A stretch of DNA of 63,612 nt, the filler included. It is 6 parts of 6 records of this genome, joined end to end, with 100 filler letters (N's around TTAATTAATTAA, not from the genome) between each part and the next. Parts side by side here need not be neighbours in the genome. Positions count along the whole stretch, not along the records: positions 38,172 to 44,419 come from SRR31156797_52405; positions 44,520 to 55,480 come from SRR31156797_52412; 4 more parts are not named here. The stretch is one strand, 5' to 3'. The notes beneath the pieces were generated by a model that was not told the DNA's origin, did no database searches, and saw only the letters and a program-made list of their open reading frames with translations. Position numbers and translations under genes: made by a program. The number at the start of each line of letters is the position of its first letter. The stretch's first letter is position 1. Positions 40,113 through 49,264 of the stretch are shown here, piece by piece.

Positions 40113-40590
40113 CTATTCAAAACTTATCATTTTAGCCAGAAGGAACAGCAGAACCTCAGTATCCTCTGTGGAGATAATCTCAGCCAGTTCCTTGTCGAAA
40201 TATATGCTTAGCTCAGGAGGAAGCTCTTCATCACCATACCAGAGCACGATCCTGGTAAGAACATTCGGCAAGGCTAGCAGTTCAATCGAGACATCACCTC
40301 CTTCCACTATCCTGCCTTCAAGGCGCTCTGTCAAATAATTTATCAGATCATCCGGGTTATCATTAAGGCTTTTCAGTATCGGTCTGATCGTGTTTTCCTG
40401 AAGGGCCGGATAATAACTTTGACCGTCCTGAATCCCTTTGAAAGAGATCCATCTCCTTTTAATCATAGCCACGCTTCAGGCTTCCTGTGGGGTATTGAAG
40501 GATAATTATGGATACATCTTTGTTTGCAGGAGCGTTAAATGAGCCTGACAGTATCATCCTGACTTTTACTTCGTAGAATTAGCATAATTC
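40113..40590 (-). pseudogene. DUF3786-like gene, frameshifted
   Basis: C-terminal frame WISFKGIQDGQSYYPA...WYGDEELPP...STED; upstream segment YEVKVRMILSGSFNAPANKDVSIIILQY is in another frame and stops near 40460. 5' boundary approximate. Confidence 0.55.
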
Positions 40591-40647
40591 CAGATGTCCG
40601 TAATCGCTACCTGATTTTCACTTTCAATGACAACAACAAAAAGACCT

Positions 40648-41202
40648 TCACTCTCTCCAATGCTCCGGCTTATTCAAAGCATCCGCACAAACAATTCTTC
40701 CCTTGATGCCATCAAGAGCTTCTGAACTAAGAGGGTAGACCATCCATGCACCTGCATGTTCTTCCGGTATAGGATATGGTGCAGCAAAACCCATACTTCC
40801 TGCATCCTGCTTAAATCCGTATTTTGGGTAGTAGCTTTCATGCCCGAGGACAAAGACCATTTCAGCACTATTTGCTTTTAACTTCCTCAAACCCTCAGTG
40901 ATCAGCATCCCGCCTATTCCCTGTCTCTGACATTCTGGCTTGACTGCAAGAGGTGCAAGAAGATAGATCAAGGGAGATGCCTCTTTTCCATCAATAGTTG
41001 CTCTTGTAAACAAAATATGTCCGACTGCTTCATCTTCCTTGAAAGCCACTAACGACATAATCGGTTCTGCACTTTCATCATTAAGAAGCTGAGATACCAG
41101 AATTGCTTCTTTTTCATAGCCGAAAGCTTCCTTTTCGACTTGCATTACATCATCATAGTCGGATTTCTTCGCTTCTCTTATGTGAATATCATTCTTTGCC
41201 AT
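40648..41202 (-). CDS. GNAT N-acetyltransferase (YhbS-like)
   Basis: VGHILFT, LAPLAVKPECQRQGIG, VLGHESYYPKYGF. Confidence 0.9.
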   Translation of the reverse strand: MAKNDIHIREAKKSDYDDVMQVEKEAFGYEKEAILVSQLLNDESAEPIMSLVAFKEDEAVGHILFTRATIDGKEASPLIYLLAPLAVKPECQRQGIGGMLITEGLRKLKANSAEMVFVLGHESYYPKYGFKQDAGSMGFAAPYPIPEEHAGAWMVYPLSSEALDGIKGRIVCADALNKPEHWRE

Positions 41203-41376
41203 TTTGTCCCCTCGAAAAATGTTATGAGCTATATTTAGTATAACTTTAATGAATTTAGTTATATATTTGCATCTCTTTGTTTTTGTTTATTAATTAGCAA
41301 TAGTCTTAAGTATTAAGACCTCAGTAAATGCTTTCCGTAGATATGTCATTAAGGCATAGTTCTAAGGAGGCTCACC

Positions 41377-41685
41377 ATGCAAAAACCAGAAACTCATATA
41401 TTCGTTTGCGCAAGCACAAGACTGAACGGAATAGTAAAGGGCGCATGTCAGAACAAATCATCACACAACCTTGTAGCAATGATTTCCGAAGAAGTAATGG
41501 ACAGGGATCTTGAAGGCGAAGTAATGGTCACTGCCACCGGATGTGTTGGTATTTGCGAAAAAGGGCCAATAGTGATGATCTATCCTCAGCAGACATGGTA
41601 TGGCGAAGTCACTGAAGGTGACATAGAGGACATACTTGATGCAGTAGAGGCAGGAGAAACTGTAGATAGGCTGCTCATATCCTGA
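41377..41685 (+). CDS. Thioredoxin-like [2Fe-2S] ferredoxin
   Basis: HIFVC..GAC, TGCVGICEKGP..IYP..WY; AAGGAGG SD. Confidence 0.9.
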   Translation: MQKPETHIFVCASTRLNGIVKGACQNKSSHNLVAMISEEVMDRDLEGEVMVTATGCVGICEKGPIVMIYPQQTWYGEVTEGDIEDILDAVEAGETVDRLLIS

Positions 41686-41709
41686 AGATCGAATACGATA
41701 CTAAGAAAC

Positions 41710-41742
41710 GGGTTGTTCGACTTGATCGGATGACCCTTTTTT
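41710..41742 (+). terminator. Hairpin plus T-tract after the ferredoxin gene
   Basis: GGGTTGTTCGA-cttga-TCGGATGACCC-TTTTTT (with G-U pairs). Confidence 0.6.
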
Positions 41743-41949
41743 ACTCAATTACTAAATAATATTCTTTTATTTTCTCTTCTATAATTCTAACATTCATAGA
41801 TTAGTTATAATTCAATCTCAGTTTTTAATAAGTATAACTACATAAATTGTAATATTTATACAGTTTCTAGTATATTATGTAATGTCGTTAAACCGGGAAA
41901 AAAACGGAAAGTTTATAACCACTAAAATTATCTGGAAAGTGGTGGTTAT

Positions 41950-43080
41950 TTGGTTCAAAACGAGAAAATGGTATACATCAAGCGGAGCTTTAAAAAAGAA
42001 GTTATTTTTTACGACACAAGCACCAAAAAGATTCATTATACCAAACCTGAAAATGCAACACGAAAAAACACATTAACTCTTACGACATTTGTTTCAGATG
42101 CACCACTTAGGGTATATTTTGATCCTACATACAGGTGTAATTTAAGATGCAGACATTGTATTACTTCTTCTTCTCCTGATGCAAAAGACCCTGAAGAATT
42201 AGGTCTTCGGCGTACGAAGCAGTTGTTTAAAGAACTTGCAGCTATTGGTGTTCTTGAACTATCTATTACAGGAGGAGAACCTTTTGTGCATCCCCGTATA
42301 ATTGAATTGATAAAATGTGCCCAGGATAATGGACTAAATCTTACAATTGCAAGTAATGGGACACTAATAACTTCTGAAAAAGCAGGGAAACTGGCAGATC
42401 TTGGTGTAAATGATATCAGAATCAGTATTGATGGTTATGAGCATATCAATGATGGTATTCGAGGAGCAGGCACATATAAAAAAGCTATTGAAGGTGTCAA
42501 GAACCTTGTTCATGCAGGTGTGCCTGTTTCTGTGAGAATGACCCTGACTAAAAATATCGATGAAGGGCTGGAATTAATGTTTAAGGACTTGAAAAATACA
42601 GGAGTTGAGAACCTTAAAGCTGCAATAATTAAGGAAGCAGGGAAAGCAAAATTAGAAGAGAATGCAGACCTGTTCGGTTATCAGGCCAACAAAGAAACAA
42701 TGCAGCATCTTCTGGAACTTGGTAAAAAGAATGACATAACTGTGGAGTTATCCAGTGATGATTTCGATTTTGATCTTACAATTACTGCAGACAAGAAACT
42801 GAGAAGAAACGAAAATAAAACGTGTGGAGCAGGATCCGAAACTGCATATATATCACCAAAGGGTGAAGTGCTTATGTGCTCAACAATACCGCATGTAATT
42901 CTTGGAAGTATAAGAAACTCCGGTTTCAGCGAAGTCTGGAATGGGAAAATTGCAAAGAACTATAGATCCCAGGCACTTGCTGCTGGAATAAAGAAGGTTT
43001 GTAGTATCAATTTCGTTAATGTCTTGCCAAAACAGGATATTTCCCCAGAAAGCATACCCAATGAGCCTATTGCATTGTGA
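41950..43080 (+). CDS. Radical SAM protein with SPASM/twitch domain
   Basis: CNLRCRHC, ITGGEP, ISIDG; CGAG....ISPKGEVLMC...GSIRNSGFSEVW. Confidence 0.9.
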   Translation: MVQNEKMVYIKRSFKKEVIFYDTSTKKIHYTKPENATRKNTLTLTTFVSDAPLRVYFDPTYRCNLRCRHCITSSSPDAKDPEELGLRRTKQLFKELAAIGVLELSITGGEPFVHPRIIELIKCAQDNGLNLTIASNGTLITSEKAGKLADLGVNDIRISIDGYEHINDGIRGAGTYKKAIEGVKNLVHAGVPVSVRMTLTKNIDEGLELMFKDLKNTGVENLKAAIIKEAGKAKLEENADLFGYQANKETMQHLLELGKKNDITVELSSDDFDFDLTITADKKLRRNENKTCGAGSETAYISPKGEVLMCSTIPHVILGSIRNSGFSEVWNGKIAKNYRSQALAAGIKKVCSINFVNVLPKQDISPESIPNEPIAL

Positions 43081-43150
43081 ATAGCATTTGAGGGTTCTTT
43101 AACATTCCGATGCCATGTTCTGGTGCCCTTATTGCTTGTTCCGTACGGTC

Positions 43151-43996
43151 TTATATTGATACAAGGACAATAGCTGTCAGGGCGGCTATTATTCCTATCC
43201 ATTGATGCGAATCAAGTTTATCCTTTAATAGTATACATGCCAGCAATACTGTAACAGCAGGACTTAGCGATGACAGGATAGTTGCGATATCCAGTCTTCC
43301 GGCTTCAGCAGCCAGGGCAAACAAAGTCACACCTCCAGTATTAAAGATTCCTGCAAGAATAACTGCCGGAACTACATTTGATGCGGGTTTAGTGACAGTC
43401 TTAGTTGACATTATAAATCCTGCGAGCATGATAAGTGCCGTAATTCTTGAAGCTGTTAATGGCCAGTAAATTGCAGTTGCACTGAAGCTATCAATGGATA
43501 TAAAAAACAAGCCGAATAGCAAACCTGCAATTAGAGGATATTCCAGATCTTTTGCTTTAAAATTTGATCCGCCACCTGTACTAACAATAAACCGTATTCC
43601 AATTAAGGCAAAAATAAATCCCGTGACCTTAAAAACGGAAGGAATGCCTTCGATTAAAGCTGAATAAAGTACAGGTATGATAACCGAGATTACTGCAGCC
43701 AGAGTAGCAATTATACTCATTTTTCCTTTTGCCATACCTTTGTAGAATACTATCAAACCTGTTGATCCAAAAAATCCTGCTAAAACACCCCACATAAGAT
43801 CATTTAGTGAAGGCAGGCTCTCTGAAAACACATATGCAAGAGTTGGGAATGCAATAATACCCATAACCTGTGTACCGAGAACTACAGAATAAGCACTAGT
43901 CCTTTTGGCAGCCCAGCCTCCTACAAAATCCCCTGCACCCCACGATAATGCAGACGCAAACCCAAAAATAATCGCAAGAGTTTCAATAGGTAACAT
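43151..43996 (-). CDS. DMT/EamA-family transporter
   Basis: About 10 TM helices; ALSWGAGDF, LSSLSPAVTVLLA. Confidence 0.85.
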   Translation of the reverse strand: MLPIETLAIIFGFASALSWGAGDFVGGWAAKRTSAYSVVLGTQVMGIIAFPTLAYVFSESLPSLNDLMWGVLAGFFGSTGLIVFYKGMAKGKMSIIATLAAVISVIIPVLYSALIEGIPSVFKVTGFIFALIGIRFIVSTGGGSNFKAKDLEYPLIAGLLFGLFFISIDSFSATAIYWPLTASRITALIMLAGFIMSTKTVTKPASNVVPAVILAGIFNTGGVTLFALAAEAGRLDIATILSSLSPAVTVLLACILLKDKLDSHQWIGIIAALTAIVLVSI

Positions 43997-44065
43997 TTCT
44001 TTCTCCAGTATCCCTGATAGTTCAAAAGTCAGGCATTTTAAAAATAGTTCTGGTTCAGCTTCTTT

Positions 44066-44419
44066 TCAGACTAGTTTTTTCATATAAACCCGGTTTTCAT
44101 CACGACTGATCTCCGACCATCCCAGATGAAGATAAAAAGCAACATTCTCGTTCAATAGTACATGAGTTGCTAAATGAATTTCTGAATATCCTCTGCGCTT
44201 AATTTCTAACTCAGCAAAATCCATTAAGTCCCGCCCTAAACCTGTTCCCTGAAGATCAGGATGTACTGCTATATTTGCTATTGAAGCAAACTCATCTTCA
44301 AACATTAAAATCAAGCCACCGATTACTTTCTTGTTAGATTCCACAACCCAGACCGGAAAAGAGGAGATCTCTTCTTTGTAATCAAGGTCCATGGGTGGCA
44401 AACGTTCCCCGTTGAGTCT
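44066..44419 (-). CDS. GNAT N-acetyltransferase, 5'-truncated
   Basis: NIAVHPDLQGTGLG, ENVAFYLHLGW; frame open to contig edge. Confidence 0.85.
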   Translation of the reverse strand, partial: RLNGERLPPMDLDYKEEISSFPVWVVESNKKVIGGLILMFEDEFASIANIAVHPDLQGTGLGRDLMDFAELEIKRRGYSEIHLATHVLLNENVAFYLHLGWSEISRDENRVYMKKLV

Positions 44420-44519
44420 NNNNNNNNNNNNNNNNNNNNNNNNNNNNNNNNNNNNNNNNNNNNTTAATTAATTAANNNNNNNNNNNNNNNNNNNNNNNNN
44501 NNNNNNNNNNNNNNNNNNN
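44420..44519. other. Artificial contig linker
   Basis: N-run + TTAATTAATTAA + N-run. Confidence 0.98.
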
Positions 44520-44915
44520 GGCGAACTCGGGATCGTTCTTCTTCTCGGCCTTGTGGTAGCGGGTGTTTTCCAGCAGCAGGATCTCGCCGGCCTTCAGGCC
44601 TGCGGCCATGGCCTCGACCTCGGCGCCGACGCAGTCGGGAGCCGTCTTTACGGGAACTCCGGCGATCTCAGCCAGATGGGCCTCAAGCTGCTTCATGCTG
44701 AACTGGGGCTCTCTTTCCTCCGAGGGGCGGCCCAGGTGGCTCATAACGACCAGAGAAGCACCTTCCTGCTCCAGGATGTACTTCAGGGTGGGCAGGGCTC
44801 TCTGCATTCTCGTATCATCGGTGATCTTTCCCTCTTTCAGGGGCACGTTAAAGTCCACGCGGACCAGTACGCGCTTGTTTTTAAGATCCAGATCCTTAAC
44901 GGTTACAACACTCAT
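44520..44915 (-). CDS. pgk: Phosphoglycerate kinase, 3'-truncated
   Basis: RVLVRVDFNVP, MSHLGRP, LLENTRYH. Confidence 0.95.
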
Positions 44916-44986
44916 ATATCTTACTCCTTGTCTTCTGTATGGGGAGATCTCGCATCATAACGATCTTCCCGGTATCTATCCATTGC

Positions 44987-45985
44987 TTATGCAAGCTTCT
45001 GCGCCAAATCCACTACCCGGGTCGAGTATCCGATCTCATTGTCATACCAGGAGATGATCTTGAAGAACCCCTCTCCCATCTTCATGGTACAGGCCGCATC
45101 GAATACGGAAGAAGCGGGGTTCCCTTTGATATCCATGGAGACGACCGGATCCTCGGTGTACTCCAGGATCCCCTCCAGAGGGCCCTCGGCGGCGGCCCTG
45201 ACAGCCGCATTGAGCTCTTCCACACTGCAGTCTTTTTCCAGCTGAACCGTCAGATCCACAACCGATCCCGTGGGAGTGGGGACGCGCATGGCCATGCCGT
45301 TGAGCCTTCCGTTGAGCTCGGGGATAACCTTGCCCACCGCTGCCGCGGCGCCCGTAGAAGTAGGGATGATGTTCAGCGCCGCAGAGCGGGCTCTTCTCAG
45401 GTCCGCATGGGGAGTATCAAGGATAACCTGATCGTTGGTATAGGCGTGAACCGTGGTCATCAGCCCCTTCCTGACACCGAAGGCATCGTTCAGGACCTTG
45501 GCAACGGGCGCCAGGCAGTTGGTGGTGCAGGAAGCATTGGAATAGGCCTCCACACCGTCGTTGATCCTCTCCTCATTGACGCCCAGGACCACCGTCTCGA
45601 TTTCGTCCTTCGCGGGGACGGTGAGGATAACCTTCCGCGCTCCCGCGGCGATATGATCCAGGTATCCGCCCTTGCCGCTCTGAGCCGAGCGGAAGATCCC
45701 GGTGGACTCTATGGCCACATCCACACCCAGCTCCGCCCAGGGGAGCTCGGCGGGTGTCCTGACGGCAAATACGGGGATTTCCAGACCGTCAACGGTGATG
45801 CTCTTCTCACCGGCTTTCACCTCCTTGCTGTAAACGCCGAAGGTCGAGTCATACTTTAACAGATGAGCCAGGGTGGCGGCATCGGTCAGATCGTTGATTC
45901 CCACGATCTCGACGCCCTCCCGTTCCATGGCGATCTTAAAGACGTTCCTGCCGATTCGTCCGAATCCGTTGATTGCGATTTTCAA
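44987..45985 (-). CDS. gap: Type I glyceraldehyde-3-phosphate dehydrogenase
   Basis: INGFGRIGR, SNASCTTNCLAP, IIPTSTGAA, SWYDNE. Confidence 0.97.
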   Translation of the reverse strand: MKIAINGFGRIGRNVFKIAMEREGVEIVGINDLTDAATLAHLLKYDSTFGVYSKEVKAGEKSITVDGLEIPVFAVRTPAELPWAELGVDVAIESTGIFRSAQSGKGGYLDHIAAGARKVILTVPAKDEIETVVLGVNEERINDGVEAYSNASCTTNCLAPVAKVLNDAFGVRKGLMTTVHAYTNDQVILDTPHADLRRARSAALNIIPTSTGAAAAVGKVIPELNGRLNGMAMRVPTPTGSVVDLTVQLEKDCSVEELNAAVRAAAEGPLEGILEYTEDPVVSMDIKGNPASSVFDAACTMKMGEGFFKIISWYDNEIGYSTRVVDLAQKLA

Positions 45986-46023
45986 GAAAATCCTCCAGAA
46001 TTCTTTAAAATTTTATTGATTTT

Positions 46024-46052
46024 AATATAGACAAAGAAAGGACACAGGTCAA
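46024..46052 (-). promoter_or_regulatory. Sigma70 promoter of gap-pgk
   Basis: Minus strand TTGACC-17 nt-TATATT. Confidence 0.65.
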
Positions 46053-46066
46053 TATGGCTCAATCCC

Positions 46067-48034
46067 TCAGTAGAGCCTGAGCAACTGCTCCTTCAGCTCT
46101 TCGTTGACCCTCGATTCCTCCAGAAGGGGCAGCTCCCTATCTTCCGGCAGGATATAGATTTCATCTCCCGCGTTCACAAGATCGAAGGGCGAGTTCCTGC
46201 TGATCTCGGCCAGGGTGAAATTCTCCTGCAGCTCCAGGGCCTTCACCGTGCCCAGAAGATTCTTCACATCGTACTCAAGATAGGGACTCTCATCGCCCCA
46301 ACGCCCCGTTCCCTTTCGCAGCAGGATGAACTCCTGCTCCTCTTCCAGACCGTCCAGTTCGCCCAGGTCGATAAGGGCCCGGTCGCCGTCCACGCCGACG
46401 AGGGTTCCCTTCAAGGGAAGCATCTCAACGATACGGTCGGCCGACTTCCTCAGCAACTCGGTAACCCTGAGATTCCCCGAGCGCAGGATCTGAAAATCGT
46501 CCAGCTTCACCCCCGTTCTGGAAAGATAAAGGGAAACCTCAATCCCTACGGTCCTCTCCGTTTCCACCAGATTCAGTATGAGATAGAAATCCGCTCCCCT
46601 CCTATGACTGCTTCTGTAGGCCTCCGACTCATCGCGGATGATTTTTTTTTCACTGATCTCATAATGGGGATTCCGGATGATCTCGTCGCTCAGATAGTTC
46701 ATCAGGGAACTCTCCATACCCTCATGTATCAGCCTGCTTCCAGAGCCGTTAAAGAAAAATGAGACAGAAACGGGATCGGAACTTCGTACCAGAGGGGCTT
46801 CCCAGGCAGCGAGAAGCGAAGGATTGTCGCTGCTCTCCAAGAGCTCCATGGTTCTGAGAAAACTCTCCTTGCCATAGCCCTCTCTTTTAAGGGCGGCCAT
46901 CTCTTCCCTGTAGCGATTGTCATAGCCCAGGGAACGCTGTATCCCGGCATAGTCCTCCCACAGGCCGTGGTCAAGAGGCGAGAGGAGCCTGCCCTTTCTG
47001 TATTCGTCGAAGGCTTTGTCGAAGAGGTAGCGTCTCTCATAGGCCCGGCCGGCCAGCCTGTGATACTCCCCGGCGGCCTCCCGCTCCGGATCTCCTATGG
47101 GATAGTTGTTCATCAGCAGATCCTCCATGGCGATCCTCGCCATCTCATCCCCGGGAGCGATCAGGGCGATAGTCTTGAAGCTGAGCAGGGCGTCCGCATG
47201 ACGGCCTAGCGCCTCGTAACTGCGCCCCAGCCTGTACCAGAGAAGAGGATCTTCCTGCCAGACGGCAAGGACATCATTGAAGGAGCTCACCGCCTCTTCA
47301 TGCCGTCCCATACGCTGATAGACCGTTCCCAGAACGACCTTTACCTCTCTGTTCTCTCCATCCAGGGCCATCCACTTCAGGCAGAGATCCTCCGCACGGC
47401 CCCAGTCTTCCCTTCTCAAAAAGTAACCGACGCCGAACTCAAGAACAGACGCGTCCTGGGGAAAGTACTCGAGGGCCCGATTCAGATAGGAAAGGGAACG
47501 ATCGAGATCCCCCGCTTCCTCCTGCAGAAGCGAAAGGGACAGCAGGGCCCTCCGGCTGTCCGGGTTGACTGCCAGGCTCCGTTCAAACAGGGCCGTCCCT
47601 TCCGAATAATTTCCCCGGAAAACAGCTATTTCGGCCCTGCCGTAAGCGGCCTCGGCGTTGTTCGGCTCTATGGACAGGGCCCTCTGAAAATAGCGTTCCC
47701 CCTCATCAAGGCGATTCATCCCCAGATAAATCCGTCCTATCAGGGTGAGAAGGTCGACCCGCCCCTTCGCCCCCTTCAGAGCCTCCAGCGCATGGCCGAG
47801 GGCCTCGGAATACTCGCCCAAAAGGAAGTAAGCTTCCGCCGTCCCCTTGCGGGCGTCAACATAGGAGGGATTCTGCTCAAGGGCCTGCTTGAACAGCTCC
47901 AGGGACCTGTAGTACGCCCGGTTCCGAAGGGCCTGCCGTCCCTCTTCATAGAGCTCCAGAGGATCCTCCGCGGCCCACAGAAAGCCTGAGATGCTGAAAA
48001 TCAGTAATAGTAAAGGCCTACTCTTTTTCCTCAT
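46067..48034 (-). CDS. Exported tetratricopeptide-repeat protein
   Basis: Signal peptide; repeated TPR units (ALEQNPSY, ALSIEPNN, SLAVNPDS). Confidence 0.85.
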   Translation of the reverse strand: MRKKSRPLLLLIFSISGFLWAAEDPLELYEEGRQALRNRAYYRSLELFKQALEQNPSYVDARKGTAEAYFLLGEYSEALGHALEALKGAKGRVDLLTLIGRIYLGMNRLDEGERYFQRALSIEPNNAEAAYGRAEIAVFRGNYSEGTALFERSLAVNPDSRRALLSLSLLQEEAGDLDRSLSYLNRALEYFPQDASVLEFGVGYFLRREDWGRAEDLCLKWMALDGENREVKVVLGTVYQRMGRHEEAVSSFNDVLAVWQEDPLLWYRLGRSYEALGRHADALLSFKTIALIAPGDEMARIAMEDLLMNNYPIGDPEREAAGEYHRLAGRAYERRYLFDKAFDEYRKGRLLSPLDHGLWEDYAGIQRSLGYDNRYREEMAALKREGYGKESFLRTMELLESSDNPSLLAAWEAPLVRSSDPVSVSFFFNGSGSRLIHEGMESSLMNYLSDEIIRNPHYEISEKKIIRDESEAYRSSHRRGADFYLILNLVETERTVGIEVSLYLSRTGVKLDDFQILRSGNLRVTELLRKSADRIVEMLPLKGTLVGVDGDRALIDLGELDGLEEEQEFILLRKGTGRWGDESPYLEYDVKNLLGTVKALELQENFTLAEISRNSPFDLVNAGDEIYILPEDRELPLLEESRVNEELKEQLLRLY

Positions 48035-48803
48035 TGTCCCTGAAAATAATCTTAACGGTTTTTATCTTGTGCCCGTCCATGGTCTGGATGATAAAATCCA
48101 GCTTCTCATAACGGACCTTCTCAAAACGAACGGGGATCTTTCCGAACAGATCGAATACGAACCCGCCCAGGGAATCGAACTTCTCCTCCGGGAGTTCCAG
48201 GTCGAGTTTTTCATTCAGATCCTCCAGGTTCAGACGGGCGTCGCAGAGATAGGTTCCGTTCCCGATCTCCAGGATCTCATCGTCCTCCTTGTCGAACTCG
48301 TCCTGAATATCGCCCACGATCTCCTCGATAATATCTTCCATACAGACGATGCCCGAAACGCCCCCGTACTCGTCGACCACGATGGCGATATGCACCCGGC
48401 GATGCTTGAATTCCTTGAGAAGGACATCCAGCCTCATGCTCTCGGGCACGAAATAGGGCTTCCGCATAAGGTCGCGGATAACGAAGCCCCTTCCCTTTAC
48501 CATATGCACCAGAAGGTCTTTGACATAGAGAACGCCGATCACATTATCGATGGTATCCTCATACACGGGGAAACGGGAGTAGCCTGACTCGACGAGGATA
48601 TCGTAGAGCTCGTCCACCTTGATATCCACAGGAACAAAAGCCACATCGATACGGGGTATGATAACCTCTTTGATCTTGGTATCAGAGAGTTCGACGACCC
48701 CTTTGATCATGCCCTTTTCTTCTATATTGAGATCCGACAGATCCTGAGGATCCAGCTCGGCCTTGGATTCCTTCCTTTTAAACAGAGACAATAAATACTT
48801 CAC
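48018..48803 (-). CDS. CBS/CorC-HlyC domain protein (CorC/TlyC-like)
   Basis: GYSRFPVY, VDEYGG, EDIIEEIVGDIQDEFD. Confidence 0.9.
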   Translation of the reverse strand: MKYLLSLFKRKESKAELDPQDLSDLNIEEKGMIKGVVELSDTKIKEVIIPRIDVAFVPVDIKVDELYDILVESGYSRFPVYEDTIDNVIGVLYVKDLLVHMVKGRGFVIRDLMRKPYFVPESMRLDVLLKEFKHRRVHIAIVVDEYGGVSGIVCMEDIIEEIVGDIQDEFDKEDDEILEIGNGTYLCDARLNLEDLNEKLDLELPEEKFDSLGGFVFDLFGKIPVRFEKVRYEKLDFIIQTMDGHKIKTVKIIFRDNEEKE

Positions 48804-49264
48804 CCTTCCAGTACCTTGATCTTCCCCAGGCTCTCGAGCAGGGCCTCCTGATGCCTGAGCATATCCTCTTCGGGATCTCTCGTTTCATGTACCATTCCCT
48901 TCAGATGAAGGATGCCGTGTATGGTAACCCGTTTGAGCTCCTCATCCACCGGCACCTTATACTCTTCCGCATGACGCACCAGGGTATCCATGGAGATGAT
49001 GATGTCGCCGGCGCTTAGCTGCTGACCGGGGAAGCTCATGACCTCCTCCCCTTCGTTCTGACAGAAGGAGAGGACGTCGGTAGGCTCGTCCTTATCCCTG
49101 TACCGGGCATTGAGCTCCCGGATGAATCCATCATGGCAGAGGGTCAGAGAGATCTCCCAATCCTCAAGTCCTTCGGCATCCAGAACGGAGATCACGAAAC
49201 CTTCGTAGCGCTCCAGCCAGTCAGGTTCATTCTCAAGCCGTGAGATGATGTCAATTTCTGTCAT
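48800..49264 (-). CDS. ybeY: rRNA maturation endoribonuclease YbeY
   Basis: LNARYRDKDEPTDVLSF, HGILHLKGMVH. Confidence 0.92.
   Translation of the reverse strand: MTEIDIISRLENEPDWLERYEGFVISVLDAEGLEDWEISLTLCHDGFIRELNARYRDKDEPTDVLSFCQNEGEEVMSFPGQQLSAGDIIISMDTLVRHAEEYKVPVDEELKRVTIHGILHLKGMVHETRDPEEDMLRHQEALLESLGKIKVLEG

Noticed and set aside
41324-41337. Possible NrpR operator before the ferredoxin gene
   Set aside because: Does not fit GGAA-N6-TTCC in sequence or spacing.
41882-42076. 64-aa ORF as radical SAM precursor peptide
   Set aside because: Overlaps the enzyme's promoter and 5' end in another frame; no precursor-like features.
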